NCBI GenBank assembly: GCA_001687465.1
Contig: LVLI01000069.1
Span: 1 to 64,000 of the forward strand
From: Halocafeteria seosinensis
Taxonomy: Eukaryota
Length of the DNA: 64,000 nucleotides
Reading direction: 5' to 3'
Both the position numbers and the translations under genes were made by a program. The notes under the pieces are model-generated. The model made no database searches, was not told where the DNA came from, and worked only from the letters and a program-made list of their open reading frames with translations. How positions within the stretch are numbered: the first letter of the stretch is position 1; the number at the start of each line of letters is the position of its first letter. Of the stretch, positions 49,301-60,132 are shown piece by piece.

Positions 49301-51385
49301 ACTTAACACTCGCATGCGAGATTGGTGGAGATACCAAGACATTCCACGAATGCCAGGCTCATCAAAAGGCTCAAAACGACAGACGTATGGAGACGACTCC
49401 GGACGGCTCTACCGTATTCAGGAATTTGGTTTCTCAAAACAAGAGCGCAACTGCTTGCCTTGATCCGTGCTTCAGTTTCAGTAAGAAGGATACAACCAAG
49501 TGCACCGTGAACGTTCCTCAGGCAGGAAAAGTCACCTTCGAGAGAAACAGTATCGCTCTCTGCTATTGTACACAAAGGATGAGAGATCTAATTGCCTTGG
49601 AAGGACCATTTTTCTTTTCAGAGCTTCGGAGCCAAGAGGCAGGAGTATGCGATGAATTTCTGGACCTCTTCATCAACGAACAAATATTGGTAGTGGTCGT
49701 CACCTTTGCCGTGGTTTTGGTTAGCTCAGTCATTTCGTTCGCATTGAAAGCATCGGCTAAGTTCGAGCGTCACTGGACTGTCTCCTCGGAATTGAAGGCT
49801 CAAGTGAAGAACATTGTCATTGCTCAAGTTATCAATATGTCGGTTGTCATAATCATTATCAACACGGACTTCGGGGCCCAAAGCCGTGGCCTCTTTCAAG
49901 GGGAATTTTCGAGCTTTGAGTACCGGTGGTATGTCGTCGTGGGGGTGCCGATCGTATTGACAATGATAATGGACTCGATATTCAGTCATACTAAAACGGT
50001 TCTCCAGGCGTGTGTTCTGTTTCCTTTCAAGAGATGGTACGCTCGAAACACAACTCATTCGCAGACGAAGCTCAGTAAAGCTTACACACCGGAAAATTTC
50101 GACCTCTCGGATCGTTACTCCGCTCTACTTACCTCCGTTTTCGTTACAATGATGTTCAGTACTGGACTGCCTCTGTTGCTTCCTATAGCATGCTTCGCTC
50201 ATTTCGTGGCACAGTGGATAGATAAATGGGCACTTCTTAGAGTATACATAAAGCCATCATCGTTCGACGCGAATGTTTCGCGCCTGGTAGTACGGATGCT
50301 TCCTGTCGCCTTGGCGCTACACTATATGATTGGATTTTGGATGATGGGGGATGACGATATTGCAAGTGAGGTATGTTCTTCATCTTACTGTTTAGCACCG
50401 CAATTAGCGATCTTGTGCCCCGTTTTCACATACAGAACGTTCTGAGGATCCTTTTAGAGAGTGGAAGAAGATCTGGATACGAAGATGTTGATACGGCTGC
50501 CGACGAAGGGCGAATGGATGAGGCGACTCATCTTTACTATGAGCGCTTCAAAGACAGAGTGGGGAGCTGGGAGAAACTTGGACTTCTGCCTCGCTTGGTA
50601 AAGGCGAGTGCTCTACCTTTCTTCCTTGGCTTCCTCGCTGTCTTAGCCTATTATCTTCTAAAACTGTTAGGCATTTGGCCCTTCATTCGGTGGCCCCTCT
50701 CCAAAGTATTAAACATCCTTGCATGCGGAAAATTTTCTATGAGAAAGAGTAGGGCTGACAACCTAAATCCCCCATTTACTGCTTACTTCTACAAGTCGCT
50801 GCTACCGTACGAGTCCAGCCATCTAACCCGCAAAGAAGAAAAATCGGGTTGGTTGATTACCGATGATCCCTTTCGAGGGGAAAGAACGAAGATGAAAATC
50901 AGGCTGTGGATGACAGACGGGGTATTCAATTCCCGGGTTCATCGAGTGGGAGATAGGATGAGGACTTTTGAAGTCATAGGACAATACCAGGTAATTCTTT
51001 TATCCTCGTGTCTGGTTACTAATATGCACACAACCCTGCAATGGGCTGCTATCCGCAGGTGTTTTCCTACGACATCCGGAAAAATCCACGCTACGAGGCA
51101 ATTGTAACTCCCATACTCACTGAGTCAGATGAGCTTGAGGAGCAGCAGAAAATCTTGCGGAAACAAATGGCAGATCTCCTTAGTGCTGATATCAAGAAAA
51201 TTATGGATATTGCGGAGAGCAAGAACTGCTGCGCGAGGAAGCTCTATTACCTCCGCTCCGGGATTAGATCAGTCCAAAGTAGAACAAGAGTGCAGCCTCT
51301 GGATGAAGACACAAGTGGGAGGGCGAAAGCGTCAGATGGAGAGACGAAGGAAAGTACGGAGCAGACGGAGGAATATACTGTATAG
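46369..51385 (+). CDS. CSC1/OSCA/TMEM63-family mechano- or osmosensitive cation channel (multi-exon)
   Basis: Motifs GVGLYYKL, TVSPADYSVMV|RGFP, GFVTFNNEES, VTPAVQPGNIIWENL, KFERHWTVSSE, FDLSDRYS, FSTGLPLLLPI and WIDKWALLRVY.KP. Multiple hydrophobic TM segments. Confidence 0.88.
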
Positions 51386-51782
51386 CAAATCGCTTGCGAA
51401 GTCGGAAACTGCTTTGAAAGAAGGTAGTGGCGCAGATGAAATTACACAGAGAGTACCTGAGGTCGAGGCTGCAGACATTGAAAGGGGAAAGAGCGGGATG
51501 CACCCCGACCGATGCACCAAATTGCCACCAAGGTGAGTAGCTGACTTGCGAGTCGCCGTTGCGCCTCCAACGGCTGAGGTCGCGTTTTGTGAAGCTAATG
51601 GTTATGGATACTCAAAGGAGTCTCAATGTACATTTTAGATTGTACAGACTGCTACCATAGTGAATGTTTATTCCCACCTCTTGTAGAAATATTTAGGAGG
51701 AGCCTGTGTGGTGTTATCATAGCGTCGCCTGTTGCGTTGTATTTGAGTTCTTCTGCCTCTAGTTACGTGGCTCTTTCCAACC

Positions 51783-53576
51783 ATGCCACCCAGTAAGCAG
51801 TCTTTTTTTCTTTCTTGTATAGCCTAATTCATTCCGTTGTTGCCGTTCCGGTAACTGGAAACTATTTGGTTGACACAGAGAAGGAGAAGAATCTGAGAGC
51901 GCGTAGCACTGGAAAAGGCAAGCGATCTCCCGAGGGTAAGGCGCCTCAAACGCCCGATAGTAACCAATCCAGCAGCAATGAAGAATTCTCCGGGAAGGAT
52001 CTCGTCGGGATGTGTCGAGATCATTTTCTCGGAAGACTGTCGAAACAGGAGCTTCAGAACCTGAGGAAGCAGAAATACACAGCGGGAGGATACACTCCGC
52101 TGGACAATGTTTTGAATCACTACTGGAAGTTCGTTTCCAACTACATCCCTTCGGTATGTCTGTGCCACGACCTTAACTAAAATCGTAACTCTGCTTTTAC
52201 TTTGCTTTGCCTTATATTTGTTTGCAGTTCGTTTCACCTAACATGGTGACGCTATTAGGACTGGCAGTTGCCTTGATACCTGTCGTTCTTACGCTACTGG
52301 AGATGAAGTTTGATCTAGATCTTGCTGGAGGCCTGCCGAATGAACTTTTCCTTGGGGCAGCTTTGGCAATATTTATATATAATACAATGGATGCCATTGA
52401 TGGGAAGCATGCCCGCAATACAAACCAGTCCTCGCCTCTGGGGCAGATGTTTGATCACGGTATGTGACTTAGCTGCTTGCACCTCAACCAGAACTACTGA
52501 CTTGCAGTTAGTGAGTTGCAGGCTGCGACTCAGTGGTTCTTGCCTTTATGATAATTCTATTAAGTATAGCACTCGCGCCTCCTCGTCCTTTTGTTTATGG
52601 TTGGGCAATTCCCATGTACTACGCTTTTTTCTGTGGTCAGTGGGAGGAAGCCCACACTGGCACAATGCGAACAGGAATTGGTAAGTGATAGATTTCTTCC
52701 ATGACTACACTTTCGAAGACGATACTTTTCGCTTGTGCTTGCAATATCACGTGCAGGCTATATCGGTGTTACAGAAGGGACATTCTTCTGCATAGCAGTC
52801 CTGATAGCCAGGGGCGTCTTCGGCTGGGAGCTGTATCAGCTCTCTTTACGAGATGCAGATGTGGCCACCGAGTTGAATTTGCCTCCTGCTTTCACGTTTG
52901 TGTTCGACCTCACTGTCGGTCAACTTACAAGCATTGTCGTGTCTATCGTGAATGTTGTAATAGTCCTTAGTTTTACTAGAGACGTAATTATCGGGAAAGG
53001 AAAGGTGGGTTAGTTCTTGCCGTGTGGATGAGCGTGATTTAGCCCTCACTGTCGGTAACCGCATTGCAGACGGAGGCAATCAAAGATATTATTTACCCGC
53101 TGGCACTAAATACCTTCGGTGTATTGATAGCGCTGTTTGATCCTCTATTTGGTGAGCATGGGAGTTTAGCACTGCTGCAAATTCTCTCGGATGTGTTATG
53201 CTTGCACTACTTACAGATGGCCACACTAGACTGGCTTTATTTCTATCGTGGACTCTTTGCTACTCCTACTTCTGTTGTCAGGCGATCGTTTTCGCTATTA
53301 CGAAACGTCCAATCAGTCCATTGCAGCTTTCTGTAAGTATCCGACGGGACCACCGCTAACTGCTCCCGTCGTTTATATAATAATTCGTTGCTACAGCTCA
53401 TTCTGTTCGCGGCATTCTTCATCCTTGTCCCGCTAATCGATCATGACGAGTATATTGCGTATCTCGCGTGGGGATTGTTCGCGTTTATAGCAAGCGCATG
53501 GGGACTCTACGTCATCAGCATTGTTTGGCAATGCTCTAATGCTCTTGGGCTTCCTATTCTGCGATCGAGGGCGTAG
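51783..53576 (+). CDS. Choline/ethanolamine phosphotransferase (CDP-alcohol phosphatidyltransferase family, multi-exon)
   Basis: Signature [27 protein letters not shown], plus [27 protein letters not shown] and GVTEG. Confidence 0.93.
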
Positions 53577-53659
53577 GAGCATTGAGATCCGTTACGAGAA
53601 GTAATTTGCGAAGAACAAGGTAGCGGCGATTATTTTCCACATTGCTAGGAAGTCCGTCC

Positions 53660-54751
53660 CTAAGCACCTTCGCTCAATTGTTTGACTAGTGAGTCCAGGA
53701 ACGCGTCGTCCCCCTGGTCAGCTTCCTCCGGTTCAGTCATGGCTTCATCCTTTGGGTTCCTGATGCGGTTACTAAGTTCATCATCTCGTAAGCTAGACAA
53801 ATATTCCAAATATGGGAATTTGCGTCTTTCATAAGCCCAATCAGGATGGGACAACGCATTGCTTTTCATTTTCTTAGCGAGGGTTATTGCGTATAACTTG
53901 TCTAAGCCAGCATAGCTTAAAGCCTGTTGAATGGCAGGTTTGTCACACTTAGGATCCACCGGTAACTGTGTGTGTGGGTGCGCACTAGCCTTCATTTCTT
54001 GTTGTGCTTGTTTCAGTCGCCTTGTTAGCAAGCGCTCAACTGAAATGGCTTTTGCGCCACCCGCAGTCTGCGATGCACTTTTTCTCGGGATAGTATCGAC
54101 ATTGAGCGTAGCAACTATACCATCATATGCTCGACTGAACGCAGGTTGTTCGCTCAGCTTTCTCTGTCCTTTTTCATCATCGAGAACCACAAGCCACATC
54201 GGCCACCTTAATTCCTCCTCTAACGCCATGAAACTCTGAGGAATCCCTCTGACGGACAGACTAGGACTGAGTCCTCGTTTGGCGTATGTTTCCTTGACCA
54301 TGTTACCAACATACTCACGCGAACTCTGCGGCTCTGTAGTCTGACTGCCCTCACCAGGCGCTTCGGCGGTGCCGCCAGCATTTTCCTTCTTTCTCTGTGA
54401 CTCTCGTTCCTCGATGATGGGAGGTGTTTCATCGCTATCATACTCCTTATTAGCGCCAGTATAATCGTCCCCTTTCTGTGGCCCCTCTTTCTCAATGGGT
54501 GGTGGCGTTTCATACTTCTTATTAGCCCTCGTCTCAGTCTCTTTCGTGCTTCGTTCTTGCACTCTCCCTTGTCCTTTCCCCTCCTCCTGGACTGTTCTCT
54601 GCTGAGTGTTGGAGCGTCTCTGATTGTACAGCGCATACAGTATACCCGCGGCGCCCATTCCTCCTGCTAGTAGAGCTATCAGGACTCCTGTGGTTGTCGT
54701 TGCCCACCCTCCACTTTCGGGAGACGACGACGACGAAGTTGGCGGAGGCAT
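53660..54751 (-). CDS. Hypothetical protein with an N-terminal transmembrane anchor
   Basis: Single long ORF. Hydrophobic GVLIALLAGGMGAAGILYALY followed by basic residues, then a charged linker and a globular-looking C-terminus. Confidence 0.7.
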   Translation of the reverse strand: MPPPTSSSSSPESGGWATTTTGVLIALLAGGMGAAGILYALYNQRRSNTQQRTVQEEGKGQGRVQERSTKETETRANKKYETPPPIEKEGPQKGDDYTGANKEYDSDETPPIIEERESQRKKENAGGTAEAPGEGSQTTEPQSSREYVGNMVKETYAKRGLSPSLSVRGIPQSFMALEEELRWPMWLVVLDDEKGQRKLSEQPAFSRAYDGIVATLNVDTIPRKSASQTAGGAKAISVERLLTRRLKQAQQEMKASAHPHTQLPVDPKCDKPAIQQALSYAGLDKLYAITLAKKMKSNALSHPDWAYERRKFPYLEYLSSLRDDELSNRIRNPKDEAMTEPEEADQGDDAFLDSLVKQLSEGA

Positions 54752-54833
54752 TTTGTATGCCTGGGATATTTGTTGTAGTGAAAGACAGTCAAAATTCAAA
54801 CAATCCTCCACATCTCGGTCCAACTAAATTATA

Positions 54834-55274
54834 ATGGCCGAGGAGTATTCCGACCAAGATAAACGAAGAATCTGGCATGAAATACAAACCCTTTTAGGAG
54901 ACAATACTGTACCATCTTTCCCGGAGGGAAAGGGTCAGGATGAAGAGTTAATAGCGCTGTATAAAGTACGTCCAATGGCAATGCTCCCCCTTAACTTATA
55001 GGCTCGACTTTAAAACTTGAACGTGTTATTTATGCAGGTTATTGAGCAAGTTTTAGATCACCTGGATGAAACTGAACCATCTTCCCAGGGACTTCCGGTG
55101 GAAAGGGATCAAATTATCGACGAAATGGACACGCAAGTGCAGGAGCAAGGGTGGCTCGAGACGGAAGATTATGAGCTTAAACAACATGTTAAGTTAGCTG
55201 AGCAGCAGAAGAAAGCCTACGAATTGATGGAGACCATCTTGCAGAAATTCAGACATTATCAAAGTGCGTCATGA
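54834..55274 (+). CDS. Small acidic helical hypothetical protein (2 exons)
   Basis: MAEEYSDQDKRRIWHEIQTLLGD...IALYK|VIEQVLDHLDE...RHYQSAS* joined by a gtacgt...atgcag intron. Confidence 0.65.
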
Positions 55275-55285
55275 GTACACGGAAC

Positions 55286-56210
55286 TCAGGAACCAAAGGC
55301 CGACTGGACGTCCGATTTGGCCATTGACATCACGTTTTCCCCTGGATAGGACAAGAATATAGAGGATCTTTACAGAGCAGTAGAGAGGATTCATGAGAAG
55401 GCACTTACCTATGGCCTTATCGGCATCTTCAAACTCTCGCATGGCATCGTCATTTTTCTGTAGGAAAGACTTCTCCTCGTCGGTTAACTGCAGAGTGACG
55501 AATAGTTAGATAGCACGTCGAATTCTTGCATTAGGCAAAGGGAGAGGACATACCGTCTCATTTAGCTTTTTCAAAGCCACAATTATCTCTGTCACTTTTG
55601 ATCTGCTACGTTGTGCAATATCGGTCAAGAAATACTAACAACGGGAGCAGCTTGAGTGTTGTTGTTCCTCTACGTACTTGTATTGCTCTTTGCTTTTTAT
55701 TCGGCCTAAATCCCAGTCTTGATGTATCTGTGCTAGTCGTTCACGAAGGGCAGATGGCTCCTTTTGCGCAAACATGCGAATCACTTCGGGCGTCTTGAAA
55801 GCATTGGCAATAGCAGCCCGCAAGGCTAGTTTCATCGCTCCTAATTCTGACACTAATGAGATATTTCCACTCGATACTTTTTGTATTTGCGCTTGGATTT
55901 CCTGAGATTGGAAGCGAAAAGAATGATTGAGCGCACCGGCAGTGCTCCCAACTACCCGGGATACGTACCTCCATTTGCTCCAGCGTATCGTTCCGGACTT
56001 CATCATATTCATCGTCATCAATCTCCTCTCTTAAGTCTTCAAGATCCTGGGAGCAATCAAATTCAAGACAAATCCTGGTCCACTATATCCATATCGAGGG
56101 CAATACGGGATGTGGCGTACCTGTAGCTGCGTTAATAGCCGATTCATTTGGTCCTCCAAGTTTTTCTTGAGACGGTTAGTCTCCGAGGATCCTTTGGAAG
56201 ACGATGCCAT
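55286..56210 (-). CDS. LZIC: LZIC (leucine zipper and ICAT-like domain) protein (multi-exon)
   Basis: MASSSKGSSETNRLKKNLEDQMNRLLTQLQ|DLEDLREEIDDDEYDEVRNDTLEQ, GNISLVSELGAMKLALRAAIANAFKTPEVIRMFAQKEP.ALRERL and EIIVALKKL. Confidence 0.92.
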
Positions 56211-56828
56211 GTTACCACGCGGTAATTTTTCTTCTAAAACGACCGCAACAGTAGCAAAGACAGACGAACGAAAAGGAGGCCGTCAATACACACTTGCAAT
56301 GAACACTTCAGTGTATGAAGTACTACCCCAGTAGTGGCTTCACAGAGCATTGAGTCAAGGTGTATCATTTGCACCAAGAATCTGAAGGTTTTCTGCTAAA
56401 GAGGTACAGAGCGCGTATTTTGGACAACCAAGGCGAAGTCATTAGCATGAAATGCAAGCATGTAGGCTGGAGCTGGAGCGCGTAAAGAATAGATGTTGCA
56501 TTTCTCCGAGCCTACGAACATTATACAATGCATCATTGGTAATGAGAATCGCAGCGTAGTACTCAATAGACATTGAGACTTCTCGTGCTATCCAAATAGA
56601 TGCGTTTTCGCCCTTGAGTGGCAGTGGATGCTGCCCGACTCGTTCACCATGACTTGATTTCTCCGATCGTTGATCCATTGAGTTACTCACTGGAGTGTAT
56701 CATGAAGTGATACGTTCCCCGTTTGCTGCTAGAAAACGCCACAGGAGAGTTATTCCGGTGAGTAAACCCCATAGATCAACGAGCTTTTCACTGCTCAATA
56801 AAAAGAGGGTACGCTTCGTTCCAAATCA

Positions 56829-57533
56829 CTATTGTATCTTCGACTTCGAGGCAGCTGTTGTTGAGTCACCAGTTCCCTGCAACTGTTGGCGAAGTTGTTC
56901 ACTATAGTGGTATCGAATGAACGGCAGTATCAACATAACAATATTGATCAGCACCATGCCGAGATAGTACTGCACGAGTACCGCATTGCTGGGGCTTGTG
57001 GCCATTTTCTCGGCCTCCAGTTTTCCCAAACTTTGCTCCAAGGGAAGGAGAAACGTGAAGAGAAAAGACAATATACCGCATAAACACAGAAATTGGGCGC
57101 TGCCAACGACATGCATGGCAATTTTAGGAGGCAAATGACTGTCACGATTGCCCGTAAACAGTGTCCTAAGGGAGAACCAGATATCTTCTTTCAAGGCCCG
57201 ATAAATTTCAAACGGCAAAACCAAAAGTAAAGACAGCATTATCTTGCCCACGATCGGCGGATCTGCCTTCCAAGTGAGATATAAGACTGAAAGTTGTGGC
57301 ATTCGATGCGCCAGAGCATAGCTCATCACCGAATAGTCCACCAGACTCAGAGCTGCATTACACCTCATTCAAGCTCATTTCCGTCAGTCCCAAATGCTTT
57401 ATGACATGGTAAATTCATTTGTCTAGGACCTACCTGTAAAAAATCCTCCGAAAACACATCCTATAGCTAAATCAGAGGGGCCGAAAAACTTGACATCTTC
57501 CGCGGTTGGAGCTTGTTTGGACTTTGAGGACAT
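56829..57533 (-). CDS. Hypothetical multi-pass membrane protein (2 exons)
   Basis: MSSKSKQAPTAEDVKFFGPSDLAIGCVFGGFFT| joined by a gtaggt...atgcag intron to the 179-aa ORF. About four hydrophobic segments. Confidence 0.7.
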
Positions 57534-57618
57534 TATTACCCAAGTCTCAGGATAGAATTGTTTCTACTAGCTAATTTTTCAATCTTTCTATTTAGTATCC
57601 TAGCTGAATATCAATACA

Positions 57619-59943
57619 ATGAAAGTGCTATTTTGTGGGGATATCCAAGGCTCTTTTGATGCCTTTTTCAGCAAATTACAGGCGCTGAATCAGTCAGCTC
57701 ATGGGCCATTTGATGCCTGCTTTTGCACAGGCTCCTTCTTCCTGCCACCACAGGAGGATGGTGAAGCCCCCATTGACGCCCCGGAGCGAGGAGAGCAAGC
57801 ACTAGAGGCGCTACGGCAATGGGAAGGGAAAGTTCCCATGGATGTGTACTTTGTATTAGGAGCAGATCGAGCCAATCAGAGCATACTAAATGCCCTTGAC
57901 GCCGCTGCGCAAAACGGAAGCAATTCGGGGGAGTGCATAAACATCATCTCGAGAGTTCACTTCCTAGGGACGGCTGGAATCAAACATATCAAAGGTTTTC
58001 GAGTGGGATTCCTGTCCGGGCTTCAGCACCCAGATCCCTCCGGATACAGAGAGGCTAATGATGATGGTACTACGAGCAATCTAGTGCCCAAACAGGGGTA
58101 TCTCACCCGTACGGAGGTAGACCACGTTTTGAAACAAGCAACGGAATCGACATTGGAAGTGGCCACGGACATCTTGTTAACTCCAGAATGGCCCTACAAG
58201 TAAGCAGAGTCTCCCAGTGTGGTATACATATCTTTATTCATGAGCCTTACGATGTTTACAACAGCTTTCATCTACATGTTGCGGCTCCTCTATGGCCGAA
58301 TTTTGAGGAAAAATTCACCAATGAAAGCGCTGCTGTTACTGTAAGTGTTGTGGAACTGGTGTCTTTGAACGGAGGTATTAGAGATCCACAACGCCCCATA
58401 CGTTAATGCAGTCTGCTGCTGACGTTGCGGCGACGCTCCGACCCCGGTATCATTTCGCTGCTCGTTGTGGGGTTTTCTATCAAAGACCCCCGTACCGAAA
58501 TCTGCCGACGGGTGGCAAAACGATGCAGATTGCGGGCGACAATAGCCATGATGGTTCTCACGTCACCCGGTTTATAGGACTGGGTAAAGTTGCCGACTCA
58601 CCTCCAAAATTGAAGAAGTATATTCATGCACTAAATTTGGATCCTGTAGAACATACCTCCCCCGAAACTCTTACCCAGAAACCATCTGGAACTACAGAGA
58701 ATCCGTATCTCGAAGCACCCAAAAATAACGCCAGTGGAAGCACTGGCAAGAGGTTGAGAACTGATATGTCGCAAGATAAGGTCAAAGCTCTGCAAGAAGA
58801 GGGGGCCAAGGAAGCGGAGGACCACAAACAGGTATTTTGGAACATCCGCGGGAAAAAGAAGTCTGGAAAACGGCAGGGAGACGACGATGAAGAGAGGCAA
58901 AAAAAGAGGAAGAAGATTGCTGAACAACAACAAAGATTTTTTCGTCAAGCGTGTTTTTTCTGTATGTCATCGCCATCGTTCGAATCCCATATGGTTATCA
59001 GGTGAGCTAGTTCCGGAGCTGAATGTTGATATTGTGGCACACGTCAAAAGGCTGGCTAGTGTGCGTGCAGTATTGCGGAGTCTTCTTTTCTAACGCTGCC
59101 GAAGGGTCCGGTAGACGAGAATCATGTGCTCGTTGTACCTTTAGATCACTGTTCCAGACTTGCCGAGGCACCTGATTCACTACATTTGGAGGTATGTTAT
59201 TTACGATATCTCCTCAGCGACACTCTTGTATTTATATAAAGTGATCGCAGTTGGCGCAATATAAACTGGCTCTGAGGCAGTACTTCGGAGCGAAAGGGTT
59301 ATGTATGATATCATTCGAGCGCGTTGTGAAAACAAGGCATCCAGCTCACACACACTTACAAGTGTTTGGAATGAAGCCGGTGAGTATGAAATTAAGTTGA
59401 CGCAATACACACTCTTGGCACGGACATCTCTTTGTGCAGTCTCAAGTTTTAGCTGCTCCGAACGAGTTTATGGAACATGGCGAAAGAGTGAAGGCGGAGT
59501 TCGCCTTCTTAGAGGATGACGACAAATTTAATAATTACTTCAGGGATGCCGCTCAATACTTTTATGTGGAATGTTTCACCGATGTATATTCAAGCAGAGA
59601 AATAGATGACTTGAAAAGCCGCGACCCAACAGATGCAAGTCATAAACTTGTTGGCGATTGTGTTAGACTCGGCTACAAAATACCCGAAGGCCAGCGCTTT
59701 CCTCTGCAATTCGGTAGGGATGTGGTCTGTCAAATAATGGGATGTCCGAATAGGAAGTTTTGGTATGTTTTCGCTCTTCAATCAAGAGGAAAAACAAGCT
59801 TATATTGCGTGTCTTTATTTCCTCTGCGTACGTACAGGAAGGATTGCGCTTCCGACCAGGGTACCGAGACACGTCAAACAGAGATATTCCGTAACGGTTT
59901 TGCGCCATATGATTTTGCCCTCGACGAGAGTGATGAAGATTGA
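57619..59943 (+). CDS. CWF19L1: CWF19-like protein 1 (Drn1-like; metallophosphoesterase-like N-terminus, CwfJ C-terminus; multi-exon)
   Basis: KVLFCGDIQG, HGPFDACFCTGSFF, DILLTPEWP, LRPRYHFA, FYQRPPYRN, HVTRFIGL, CFFCMSSP, HTHLQV and FPLQFGRDV. Confidence 0.93.
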
Positions 59944-60132
59944 GTCTCTTCCCTCTTTTAGCACGTCATGCCGACATACGGTTCTCTACATTGTCTAAAT
60001 CAGACAACCCAGCGTGCCCGTACGGTGCATATCCGCTAGTATCATTCTGAAGGTTCAAATCATTGAACGTTTGTTCCATATATCCTTGATGCCCGAGATC
60101 TGTAGCAGGGAATACACTAGTCCAACGAGGAT

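Noticed and set aside
53388..53600. Possible selenocysteine-containing C-terminus as in animal SELENOI/EPT1
   Set aside because: The gene ends at TAG with no in-frame TGA near the C-terminus, and only 83 bp separate it from the next gene.
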